This document shows positions 52,091 to 63,033 of a stretch of 64,000 bases of DNA, in pieces (within the stretch, counting starts at the first letter, position 1; the number at the start of each line of letters is the position of its first letter). The position numbers and the translations under genes were made by a program. Source of the DNA: Marsupella aquatica. Taxonomy: Eukaryota; Plantae; Marchantiophyta. The stretch lies in assembly GCA_973895155.1 (NCBI GenBank), contig OZ316893.1, positions 6,968,963 to 7,032,962 on the forward strand, in the 5' to 3' direction. Under the pieces are notes generated by a model that was not told the DNA's origin, ran no database searches, and worked only from the letters and a program-made list of their open reading frames with translations.

Positions 52091-53365
52091 CTAGCTCAAT
52101 ACCTGTGCGTTGCACAAAATAATTTGTGTCGGCCAAGATGTCATTGAGAAAAAATGATGTGCGTTGCACAAAAGATGTCATGTCCGCCAAGATGTCATTG
52201 AGAAAAATGATGTAGTGTCAGCCAAGAGGTCATGGAGAAAAAAGATGTAGTGTTGCCTAGGAGGTCGTGGAGAGAAAAGATGTCGTGTTGCCCAAGAGGT
52301 TGTGGAGAGAAAAGATGTCGTGTTGCCCAAGAGGTCGTTGAGAGAAACGATGTAGTGTCGCCCAAGAGGTCGTTGAGAGTAAAGATGTCGTGTCGCCCAA
52401 GAGGTCATTGAGAGAAAAGTAGTTGTGTTGGTCAAGATGTCATTGAGAAAAAAAGATGTTGAATTGGCCGAGAGGTCGTTGAAAGAAAATATGTAGTGTC
52501 AACCAAGAGGTCATGGAGGAAAAAGATGTCTTGTCGCCCAAGAGGTCATTGAGAAAAAAAGATGTCATGTCGGCCAAGAAGACGTTGAGAAAAAAAGATG
52601 TCGTGTTGGCCAAGAGATCATTGAGCAAAAAAATGTCATGTCGGCCAAGAAGTCGTTGAGAAAAAAGACGTTGTGTCGGCCAAGATGTCGTTAAGAAAAA
52701 ATTGTCATGTTGGCGAAGATGTTGTTGAGAAAAAAACGTTGTGTCGGCCAAGACATCGTTCATGGAAAATACCTGTGCGTTGCACAAAAGATGTTGTTAA
52801 GAAATAAGATGTCGTGTTGCCCAAGAGGTTGTTAAGTGAAAGATGTCACAAAGTAAAAAGATGTCTTAAAAAAAAGTAGTTTTGCCAAACATGCCATTGT
52901 GTGAAAGATGTTATTAAGAAAAAGGTGTCATTTTGCCAAAGATGTCGTGAAGTAAAAGATGTTAAAAGAAAAATGGTGTTGTTTTACCCAAGCTATCGTT
53001 CTATGAAAGATGTTATGAAATAAAAAATCAAGGAAACTAAGAAGGAGTAAGTCTTTTTCTTTTTCTTTGTTTTTGTTTTTTTACCCAAAATGCCCATGTA
53101 TTTGAATGGCGACCACTCTACATTGGAGCAACGTTATATTATCGGTTTCAGGTTAAGTGTTTTAGGGTTTAGCAAAGATGACCATTCTCTCTATATCCTT
53201 TCAATCCCCGTGTGTTGCATAATAGATGTTGTTTGGTTAAAGATGTTGTTGAGAAATAGATCGTACATGGTGCAAAAGATAATCGTTGAATAAAAATAAT
53301 AATTGTTAAAATACATTATTATACAAAAACTTTTGTTGAGTGAAAGATATCATTATGCAAAATAG
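52091..53365 (-). mobile_element. non-autonomous Helitron-like element, inverted paralogue of 50135-51062 with a longer minisatellite
   Basis: Plus strand reads a|ctagctcaatacctgtgcgttgcac, i.e. a minus-strand hairpin plus CTAG|T. The non-repetitive part 53040-53365 is the reverse complement of 50135-50450. Confidence 0.75.
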
Positions 53366-53449
53366 AAATTGGGGTCCCTGCAAGATAACTAAAAATTAAC
53401 TAACTTCCAAAGAGTTAAATCTCCTTTTTAAGAGCAAAAGCCAAAATAA

Positions 53450-53812
53450 TATAATGTCAACCTACTCTCTTCCCCTTAGTGTTCGCTCCCTACCAAAACC
53501 ATTATCTCAAGTAAATCTTTTCACTTTCATGCCCCATGCCAAATGTACTCTAAATTAATAGACCATAAAATAATATACTTACACTTTAATGCTCCATGCC
53601 AAAAAGTATTATATGCAAGCTACAAAATAACTACAATAACACATCCAAGTACTCTCTGACATATTATATCTACCTTGTACTATAACTTAGATACCTATCT
53701 TGTACTATAACTTACAGCCAATTTTAGGTTCCCATCTCACTCAATCCAAGAGCCATAAATAATTTTATAAAATATCTAATGGCTTAGCTTTGTTCCCTCC
53801 TTTTTCATTTTT
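53450..53812 (+). repeat. dispersed repeat, paralogue of 34945-35300
   Basis: Colinear similarity with 34945-35300. Confidence 0.85.
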
Positions 53813-54195
53813 GTAACCGGACGAAGGATTCGTTATATAGCATGTTCATCTTGGAACATGCCCTCTTTTTTGTCTTGTAAGGATACGTAATTCATTTAAT
53901 TTGTTTTATGACAAAAGAAGTAGGTACATGTAAAGTGTATGCTAAGAAATTAATATCTGTTAATTAAGTGTGAATGACATAACACACAACCATAAGTACA
54001 CATGCAAAGAAAGCACATTATGACTTTGAATTAAAATACACAAGAAAAGAAGTTTGAATAAGACAAAATACTGGAAGATGGATTCACCATATAGCAGTTT
54101 CATTCACGAAGAAGGATTCGTTATTATAGTACTAGATAGATATGTTTGGATTCCATGAGTTGCGAGTTCTAGGTAAAGAAACAAATGTTTTTCAA

Positions 54196-54835
54196 GACTT
54201 TCTTCTTCGGTTTCGGTAGGGTGATTTTTCGTGACGGTTTCGGGACTCACCATATCTCCCTCAGTTTTTCTCGGAATTTGGATCTGTCAACTGATTCGGA
54301 AAGCTCTTCTTGCGGCGCTTCAAATCGACCCCAAGATCAGCCCAAACGGTCAAGTTTTGCCACAGTTCTCGTCGGATTTGATTTCGACTTTCTTTTTCGG
54401 TTTCGGCAAGGTGATTTTTTGTGACGGTTTCGGGACCATATCTCCCTCAGTTTTTCTCAGAATCTGGATCTGTCAACTGATTCGGAAAGCTCTTCTCGAG
54501 GCGCTTCAAATCGACCCCAAGATCAGCCCAAACGGTCAAGTTTCGCCACAGTTCTCCTCGGATTTGATTTCGACTTTCTTCTTCGGTTTCGGTAGGGTGA
54601 TTTTTCGTGACGGTTTCGGGACCATATCTCCCTCAGTTTTTCTCGGAATCTGGATCTGTCAACTGATTCGGAAAGCTCTTCTTGAGGCGCTTCCAATTGC
54701 TCCCAACATCAGCCCAAACGGTCGAGTTTCGCCATGGTTCTCTTCGGATTTGTTTTCGACTTTCTTCTTCGGTTTCGGCAGGGTGCTTTTTCATGATAGT
54801 TTCGGGACCATATCTCCCTCAGTTTTACTCGGATA
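54196..54835 (+). repeat. 186-bp tandem repeat, ~3.4 copies, at the 5' end of the RLE retroelement
   Basis: Unit starts (gactttct..ttcggtttcgg) at 54196, 54386, 54572 and 54758; copy 1 carries a 4-bp insertion. Confidence 0.95.
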
Positions 54836-55049
54836 TTCAGCAGATGGATATTCACTCGCGTCGACTCCCCAACAGACACATCGACGAGTGCTTCAGCTTT
54901 GCTCCTTACTGTGCGTGCACCTACTCAACGGTTTCCTAGGCTGGCGGTTGGTGCCGTTTCTCGACCTGATGTGGTGGGCTCTCTCCATCGCCTCCCCTTT
55001 CTTTTCACATGCCTTGGTTGGGCCTTTTGTTGCTTCTTGATCGCTCGTC

Positions 55050-58000
55050 ATGTCTGCATTGAGAGTGTTGGCGCGGGGCAAGCGCCCAGCCCCACCACCC
55101 ACTTCTCCCCCGTCCTCCCCCCCCCCTCGTGGTCGTCTTCGTGTTTGCTCTTCTTCACTGGATCTCTCTCATCTTCGTGATGACCCCCTGCCCGATGCTC
55201 TGCCAGTCCCCCCAGTCTACTGCCCACCCCATCGTCGCCCTGGCTCCTCTCCCCACCCCATTCCCCCTCCACCCATTTCCCATCCTCCTCCGGCCTCCTC
55301 GTCCACATCTCTTCAACCCCCACCTCCTGTCCAATCTTTCCCTGCTCCCTCCCCGGATGAGCATCCCCTGCATACTTGTCATGACTGTGGATGGGTGGGC
55401 ATCTCCCTCCCTCATCATCGCGGGCGGGGGCGGTGCCATCGTCGCCAGCAAGCACAATCCCAGCCCCAGCCCCCTATTGACCCTGTTAGCTCTGCCCCTC
55501 CCTCCTTGGAGGCTCCCGAGCAGGCATGGAGTTGGGTTCGCACTCTAGACCCCCTTCCAGCCTATCATCCAGGGTACATTAGACCTCGCCTTTATAACCA
55601 CGTTCCTCTGGCGTTGCGCCCTTTAGTTCGGTCCTCCTTGTTGCAGCTCATGCAACTTATCTTGGCGCATCCTATGGAGGTCTCCTACTGGTCTTTACTG
55701 ATGCTTTTTCCACAGTGGACTCTTACCCTCCCTAGTCATGGTGGTCGTGTGGGTCACTGTGAGACTGCTTCTCGTATCCATCGTTTTTTGTGGGGAGATT
55801 GGGCGTAGCTTCAGGAAGAGTACTTTCGTCGCGCCCGGTCTTTTACCGCCCGTGCTTTCTCTGACCCAGCTCGCCACTCTCATCCTCCTGAGCATAGACG
55901 TCTTTGTCGCTCTTGTCGTTTAGCCCAGGCTGGTGAATATCGTCGGGCTGTCCAGGCCCTTTCTCCCACCACACCAGCCCCCCTAGCGAGGCCACCTCGA
56001 CGGCCCTTCAGGATCTCCATCCGCAACCCCATGATCAGCTCCCTTTGTTCGTAGAGGATTTTGAGCCTGAGGAGGATCTTCAGTTTAGTGGAGACCACTT
56101 CATCTATGCCTTCCTCCATGCCCCTCGTTGCGCTGCTGGTGGCCGCTCCGGCTATGTCTTTGAGCATTTTCGTGATTTATTCCCCCCTGAGGATCCTCAG
56201 TCTGGTTTTCCAGTCTTCTCCTTTTGCCAGTGTATTGCAGCCGGTCGTTTGCCTTCTTCCGTCTCTCGGCTCTAGAGTGCTTCTCGTTTATTGGCCTTGG
56301 CTAAGTCTTCACCGGGTGTTCGGCCAATTGCTATTGGGGAGGTTTTTCTTCGTCTGGTGTCTCGCACACTTTCCTCGCAGTTTCGCTCTGCACTATTGGA
56401 TCATCTCTCTCCACATCAGTTTGCAGTGGGCGTTCCTGGCGGTTATGAGATAGTTATTGCGGGTATTCGAGCTACCTTGGACCTCCACCCTGATTGGGTT
56501 GTCCTCCAGGTTGATGTCTCTAACGCTTTTAATACGGTTTCTCGGGCAGCCATTTTTCGTGCTTTGAGGGCAGCGGATCCAGACATCCAGTCCCTGATCC
56601 CCTTTGTCCATTGTTTTTATGGACTCGAGGCCCCACTCTTCTATAGTCATCACTCCTCTACCGGAGTGTATACCACTCTTTCTTTTGCAGAAGGTACACG
56701 TCAGGGTGACCCTTTGGGTGGGCCTCTTTTTGCCATTGCCCATTTTACAGCTTTACGGGAAGCCGCCATGGCCCACCCCCAGTGTATCTTTCCCTCCCTT
56801 TCAAATGACACCCACATCATTGGTCCTCCTACCGCGGTTACTTCTGCCCTCGCCACTCTTTCCACCCATTTGATGGGCCTCGGTTTACGAGTTCAGCCTG
56901 TGAAGAGTCGTGCATGGAGTCCAGCTGGGTTACCCTCTGATCTTGCGCTTCCTCCAGGGTTCTTACGTCTAGCCGATGGTCTTCGGGTCCTTGGCTCTCC
57001 AGTCGGTACCGCCTCCTTTTGCTCATCTTTCATCGCTGACGCTCTACAGGCCGCCTTAGCCCCTACTCCTATGCTCCCTAAGTTAGCAGATTCTCAGGCA
57101 GCATTTGGGATGTTGTTGAGGTGCATCCACCCTCGTGCGTCTTATCTAGTTCGGACGCATCCCCCTACCAAGGATCTTTGTCTCCACCTTCGAGCATTTG
57201 ATGTCTCCATTCGTGAGACTCTGGCCTCTCTTTTAGGGCCAGGTACGTTGCTCTCATCTCCGTGGCTTCATCGACAACTCGATCTTCCTATTTCGCAGGG
57301 TGGTTTTGGTCTTACTTCCATTGAGAGCCTTGCACCTTTGGCCTTTTTGGGTGCGTGGGCGGCCGCCTTCTCATTGTTGGCCGATCGTTTCCTTACTGAG
57401 GATCGCCCTTTTTTACTTTCATCTCTCATGGAGGTAGAGGAGGGTTCCCTCCCGTTTCAGGTTCATTTGCGCGCGGCGCGATCATCATTACCAGATCCCG
57501 TTCGCGCTGCGTTACCTTCTTTTCAGGAGTTTTTATCCTTGGATCCCGTCCGTCTTCAGGCAGACCTCGCTGGGCGTATGCACGCTTTCACCCTTTCCAG
57601 CATCCTCTCCGAGGCACCTGACACAGACCGAGCTCGGATTCTTTCTTCCGGAGGGAAGGGCGCAGGAGGTTGGCTTTAGGCCAATCCAGTCATTCCTCAT
57701 TTGCGGATGTCTTCAGCGGAGTTCTCCACAGCCATGCGTCTTTGTATGGGGCTGCCCCACCCACTTCTTGCAGGTTTACCTCCTTCTTGCACTTGTGGGA
57801 AGCCTTGTGATGCCACAGGTGTCCATCTTCTTCGGTGCAGTTTGGGAGGTGAAACCATTACTGTTCACGATGCGGTGCGCGATGCGACTGCTCAGGTTCT
57901 CTCTGGCTCTTTGGTATGCGTGTGACGGGAGGTGGTACTCGAGTTACCTGGTCCTCCATCCCAGCGGTTACGGGTGGATCTTACTATGGTCCGTGAGGGT

Positions 58001-58441
58001 CAACGTACTTTGGCAGATGTAGTGGTGGCAAACCCATTGCGCCAAGACATCCTTGGGACAGCGGCAACAACGGCAGGGGCAGCAGCATCACGTGCGGCAA
58101 CAACGAAGGAGGCCAAATATGCTACACAAGCTTCATCCGACAGCTTCCTCCCCCTTGCTCTGGAGCTCTTCGGGCGTCTTCATCCTCAGTTTGATGGGCT
58201 TCTTCGGCAAGTTTCCCGGGATGTTCATGGCCGAATGGGTCCCACCGGACCCCCGCTATCTATTTTGACCACGCACTTTCGCCAACGCATTTCAGTCACC
58301 TTACAGCGTGCTCAAGCTCGGGCCATCTATCGTCGATCTCTTACAGTGGGTGCTAGTGTGCCTCCGCAGCGGCTAGCTCCCCTAGAGGATGTTCCAATCC
58401 CACTTGTCGATCTAGTTTTGACCCTTGATGTGGACCATTAG
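55050..58441 (+). pseudogene. disrupted ORF of the CRE-like element: Pro-rich N-terminus, C2HC finger, reverse transcriptase, CCHC knuckle, RLE
   Basis: Motifs CHDCGWVGISLPHHRGRGRC; VRPIAIGEVFLRL; HQFAVGVPGG; VDVSNAFNTVSR; GTRQGDPLGGPLF; PSLSNDTHIIG; LPISQGGFGL; CTCGKPCDATGVHLLRC; HDAVRD; RVDL..TLADVVV; KEAKY; FLPLALELFG. Stops at 55806, 56273, 57677 and 57923; one frameshift at ~55980. Confidence 0.9.
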
Positions 58442-59035
58442 CTTTTTGTCACATTTGCTACGAATGATGTGGACCTTGGTCCGGTTGGGTTAGTTTTAGT
58501 CCCTCTTTCTTGGTTTTTAGGGGTTCCCTATTGCTCATTTCTTATTTTTAGTTCCTCTTTTTTGGTGTTTTGAGGTTCCCTTTTGTTCACTTCTTTTAGG
58601 TTTGGGTTTGTCCACTTGGACCCTCTTTTGTTTGTTCTTGTGTACAGTGTTTGGTCCCTTTCTATAAAAAGTGTGTGTATATTACTTTAGTAGACTAAAA
58701 TTTCACATCGTCAATTAAATACAAAGTCCTTATAAAGATTGACTGGCTTGTCTTATAAGAAGGGGAGTTGCTCACCCGGGCAGTAACTGAGGTATGGCCG
58801 GGTACATAAGTATATATAATAATTTAATGGTTCAGAAAAATCCTTACAGGCTTCAGTAGCTACCTACACATATGCCCCACGTGCATAGGACGTACACAAA
58901 GTCACACCTATATATATATATATATATATATATGACCTCCAAAAGTCAGCCATAAGATCTTGCTGATAGGAGCACTTTGACAAGCCCTTCCACCAAATCG
59001 AGAAAGGAAAAACCTCCTTACAAATGAGTTTGAAG

Positions 59036-59160
59036 CTCATCCCTCTAGCACGGCAGAGATAATACCTCCTTATAAATTACTTTGATCCTCATCCCTCTAG
59101 CACGGCAGAGATAATACCTCCTTATAAATTACTTTGATCCTCATCCCTCTAGCACGGCAG
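59036..59160 (+). repeat. 52-bp tandem repeat, 2.4 copies
   Basis: Unit ctcatccctctagcacggcagagataatacctccttataaattactttgatc. Confidence 0.92.
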
Positions 59161-60911
59161 CTATGAGAGCATAAGTTTTTTTGCCTTGACAACCAAAAGC
59201 AGGCCCATCCAACAAAATCAGGAGCATGCATTTCTATGCAGGGTAGACAGGATAAGTTTTTGTTTCAAAGGTCCTTCTTAGTTGCTTTGGAGCTATTTAT
59301 TTTTTACTCAAATCAACTAAACTTTTTACCGTAAGTGTTAATGCAAGAATTAGCATTGATGTTACTAACACTCATTTTGATAAAAGAGATTTTGAGTCCA
59401 AGTAACACTAATTTTTGTGGGTTTTTCAAAATTGTTAGTTTTCCACTTTTGTGTAAGTTGCTAGTAGAACATGGAATGATTCTTGTATATTTTGGAGTGG
59501 ATTTTGCAGAATAATTTTTTTTCCTCTATGTTTCCACTTTTGAGACCATAATAACACTAATTCATATGCACGGAAATAGTGTTAATCTCATAGTATACTA
59601 AAACGCAATCAATAACTGTGGGTCCATTGTCTAGTCCATTATCTAGAGTGCAGCCTTTACAGGTGCCTCTAAGTGAGGGCATAACTGAAACTGCCTGCCT
59701 ATATGCGCCTATATGCAAGAGTGAGGGTGCAGACAAAAAAACATGGATGGGCGATGATGGGCCCAAAGATAAGCAGGTACACTTTCTAACTAACATAACA
59801 TGATCTTTTGTCTTCTTCTCTATTGAAGTTCAAGGAACAAGGAAAATCCTTTGTTCTGCCGATTTAATTTTTCTCCTATCTTTATTTGCATTGGAGAAAC
59901 GATTTTTTTTCTTGATGGGGTAATCAGGCTAGTTAAAATAATAAAACTTCGCCCAAGTCAACTGTATGATGTGGTCGGTGTATCATCTTATCGGGGTTGG
60001 GGGTCGGCGGTGTCCAGGAACGGTTCAACATGTAGCGAAGATGTGCCACAACGGCACAACTGTTCACCTCCAGCTTCTTCCTCCCTCAGACTACGTTCAC
60101 ATGGCGAGCGTAGACTGTGTCACTTCCCGGCGCTGAGTTTACCACCATGATTTGCAGCTAGAGGAGCTCCATGCATCAATTCGGCTGCGCCAGCTTCAAC
60201 CCTCGCCTGATTCTCCGCATGCACGGAGTAAGTCAAGCTTGTTTTCTCTCGGACAGCAAGAGATATATTGCAAATGACAAGATTTATTGCACATGCCCAC
60301 AGAGCGCAAAGGAGAGTGGAGAACCACATTTCCAGACTGCACTGAGGCTTGCTATATGTATTTCTGTCCTCAACTCGATCACATCTGTGAAGTTTATGAT
60401 GCTCATTGTTAGTCCTCCTGTAACCAAAACATTGCACCTTGAGAGTTCCCGAGTCTCACATCGTTACTGCCCAATGCCCTCGACTCCTCTGGGGTTTACA
60501 AGAAAAACTAAAACCCCCAACAAAAATAACGAGTCCGCTAGGGAATGAAGGTGAACTTTATTCAAAGTTATACAGACATTTTCCTCTGCTTCGAACCGAG
60601 GGTAGGATGGTCGGATTGCGTGGGGGAAAGGGCCGAGACATCCTACACACATTCACATGGTGGGCAACAGAGAACCATAATCTCCAATAGATATGAAACA
60701 AAAATACGGAAACAAAGATTTGTGAGAAGTAAAATGGTCTCAAGGAGCGTCCCCTGCTATCACTAACCTCGAAACCTTGAGGGCAAACAAAATGGACAGT
60801 CTTCTGAAGGAGCCGAACCAAGAATTCAGGTAGGCTCTCAACGTTGCGGCTCTGTCAGATTACTGTTCATTTGACAACATTTCTAAGGAAAACTGCAAGT
60901 TGTTCATTGAC

Positions 60912-61847
60912 CTACTGATATAATTCTGCTAGCGTAGCATCCAACCCCAACTCAAACGGGCTCCTCGTTTGATTCTTATCTAGCACCAGTAACTTCTGCA
61001 TCAGCGCCTGCGCCACTGGAGTCGCAACCAAAGCTGGGAAAGCAGCCAAGTCTGCCGCAATCACGCTCGCCGGGGGATTTAGCGATTGCAACGCGACCTT
61101 GGTCCCATGCAGCCCTTGCTCCGGCCTCAAGGCAATCCTCTTAGCCAACGCCAAAACAGTGTGCTCCAACTCCTTCCGGGTCCGAAAACAATCATTGAAC
61201 AAGCCAATCTCCTTCCCGGTCTTGCAGTGGACGCTATCCCCGGAGAGGAGATACTGCATAGCCCTCCCCTTGTTGATCAGCCGACCGAGATACTGCATCC
61301 CGCCTGCGCCCTGCGTAAGGCCAAGTGACGTCTCCAGCGACCCCATACGTGCTTTCGGGCCTGCAAATCGCATGTCCATCTGAAGAAGCCACTCACTGCC
61401 GGCGCCGGTTGTTTCCCCATTGAGTTCCCCGATGAACACAGTAGTTGTCAAATTTTGCAGTAGGCCAATCCCAGCCGTGTACAGTTGCAACAGAAGAGCC
61501 TTCTCAGGGGTCGCAGGGGCCAGAAGCGAGTTGATGTCGAGATGCGCGATGAAGAGATCAGGATCGCCGCTGCGAAAGATCACCACCTTGGGCGGTGGCG
61601 TGGTGCGGTTGGACGGATCTAGGGAGATTAGGAAGCCAAACAGATCCATAGCGACCTTCATGTCGAAGAGGTTAATTGGCGGGTTGTAGATAACTACAGT
61701 TGTTATATTGCCGGATGTGCTAATGGAGAGGGTGCCGTGGGGACTGATAGTGGGGGCCGTCGAAGAAGAGGCGGGAGGGAGGAGAACAAGGGCCACGAAC
61801 ACGAGTACTGCGAGATAAGGGAAAACTGGATTGCGATGCTGATCCAT
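60912..61847 (-). CDS. enoyl-CoA hydratase/isomerase (crotonase superfamily) protein with N-terminal signal peptide, intronless, 311 aa
   Basis: ATG at 61847 gives MDQHRNPVFPYLAVLVFVALVLLPPASSS. Crotonase motifs NPPINLFD, KVVIFRSGDPDLFIAHLDI, GETTGAGSEWLLQMDMRFA, LETSLGLTQGAGG and GRAMQYLLSG. Confidence 0.9.
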   Translation of the reverse strand: MDQHRNPVFPYLAVLVFVALVLLPPASSSTAPTISPHGTLSISTSGNITTVVIYNPPINLFDMKVAMDLFGFLISLDPSNRTTPPPKVVIFRSGDPDLFIAHLDINSLLAPATPEKALLLQLYTAGIGLLQNLTTTVFIGELNGETTGAGSEWLLQMDMRFAGPKARMGSLETSLGLTQGAGGMQYLGRLINKGRAMQYLLSGDSVHCKTGKEIGLFNDCFRTRKELEHTVLALAKRIALRPEQGLHGTKVALQSLNPPASVIAADLAAFPALVATPVAQALMQKLLVLDKNQTRSPFELGLDATLAELYQ

Positions 61848-62409
61848 TTTCAACTTCAGCGCAAGCGGCTGTTCCCAGTTAGTGCGAATTGAACGACACT
61901 TGGAGCTTGTTGCGTATCGCTGGAATCTTGTGAAAGCGTTCTCTAAATCTTGGTCAGAAGCCCTGCGAAGCAATCGGAACAAATCAAGTGCCTTGTCACT
62001 ACATAATTCACAAATTCAAATTCAAATTCATAATTAGACGAATTGGGCATTCTCCCGGCCGCGTAGGCTGACAGTAATAATGTAGCATCAAATATATCAG
62101 ACATCGATGGAAATTGCTACTTGATAATGGTGCTCGATCTAAGTGATCCCGGCCATGAAGTAATAAAATAAGCAGTCACCCCTCTGCAGCCTACACACCG
62201 CCTTACCTCGAACTGCAGCAACACCTGAGATCCGAGCTGTACGAGTCTGTTGGGCCGAAGCGCACTCGAAGCCTTGCAGAGATTTTCGTGCGCAAAATCC
62301 CGAGAACTGGTTCACACTTTCGAATCAACTTGAGAGAGTGACCGTCCTTGGACGAGGGACAATTCTAGACTGGCAGCTAATGGAAGTGCTACACTGACAG
62401 GTCTGTTAT

Positions 62410-62507
62410 AAGTAGCTCTTTCGCAGCCTCAAAGAAAAATATTGAAATTTATTATTACAAGTAGCTCTTTCGTAGCCTCAAAGAAAAATATTGAAATTTA
62501 TTATTAC
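62410..62507 (+). repeat. 49-bp tandem duplication upstream of the crotonase gene
   Basis: aagtagctctttcg(c/t)agcctcaaagaaaaatattgaaatttattattac occurs twice. Confidence 0.92.
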
Positions 62508-62745
62508 TCAATTCTGTTACGTCAGGAATTCAGGTTATGGGCATGTGAACATTTCTTGAGCCACTTGCTATTCAAATAATCTGCCCTGAACAAACTTTTT
62601 TGGGGTTTGGTACAGGGTTACTAGCCTGCAACCTATGATCAGAAAATGAGTAAATTGCAGAAATGCAGACCAGGAGCAGTTACTCTATGATCATAAAGTG
62701 AGGACATACAGACTAGCAGCAACTGGAAAGTTTATCTGATCTATG

Positions 62746-62969
62746 TGTGAATAGGTTTCAAACTAGAAACCCAGCCCAAAGAGTCATTATCATGTGTAAT
62801 AGTTGTGTGGGAAAAATATTACCAGGTAAGACTTTCCGAGCATAGGGTTATGGAAATGTGAATAGGTTTCAAACTAGAACCCCAGCCCAAAGAGTCATTA
62901 TCATGTGTAATAGTTGTGTGGGAAAAATATTACCAGGTAAGACTTTCCGAGCATAGGGTTATGGAAATG
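62746..62969 (+). repeat. 111-bp tandem duplication
   Basis: tgtgaataggtttcaaactagaa...gcatagggttatggaaa occurs twice, near-identical. Confidence 0.93.
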
Positions 62970-63033
62970 ATAAGACTGGGTAACCTTTCTTCTTGACTGG
63001 AAGTCCTTATTATAATACATGTTTGAGCAGGGG

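Larger units (their letters stand above)
54196..58670 (+). mobile_element. CRE/SLACS-like non-LTR retrotransposon (RT plus restriction-like endonuclease), degenerate
   Basis: 5' tandem array, then one long disrupted ORF (Zn finger, RT, CCHC, RLE), then a T-rich 3' UTR ending TCTATAAAAA at 58670. No APE domain; no TSD found. Confidence 0.88.

Noticed and set aside
54100-54195. Target-site duplication or specific target gene (SL RNA, tRNA, telomere) for the CRE-like element
   Set aside because: No direct repeat matches the 3' flank (gtgtgtgtatattac) and no RNA gene is recognisable at either junction.
2476-61847. ERF + GDSL lipase + crotonase as a lipid or cuticle biosynthetic gene cluster
   Set aside because: The genes are 12-42 kb apart, separated by TEs, with no scaffold-forming enzyme and no co-expression evidence available.
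61848-61982. 45-aa N-terminal extension of the crotonase ORF
   Set aside because: It starts at a TTG; the ATG at 61847 directly precedes the signal-peptide-like leader.
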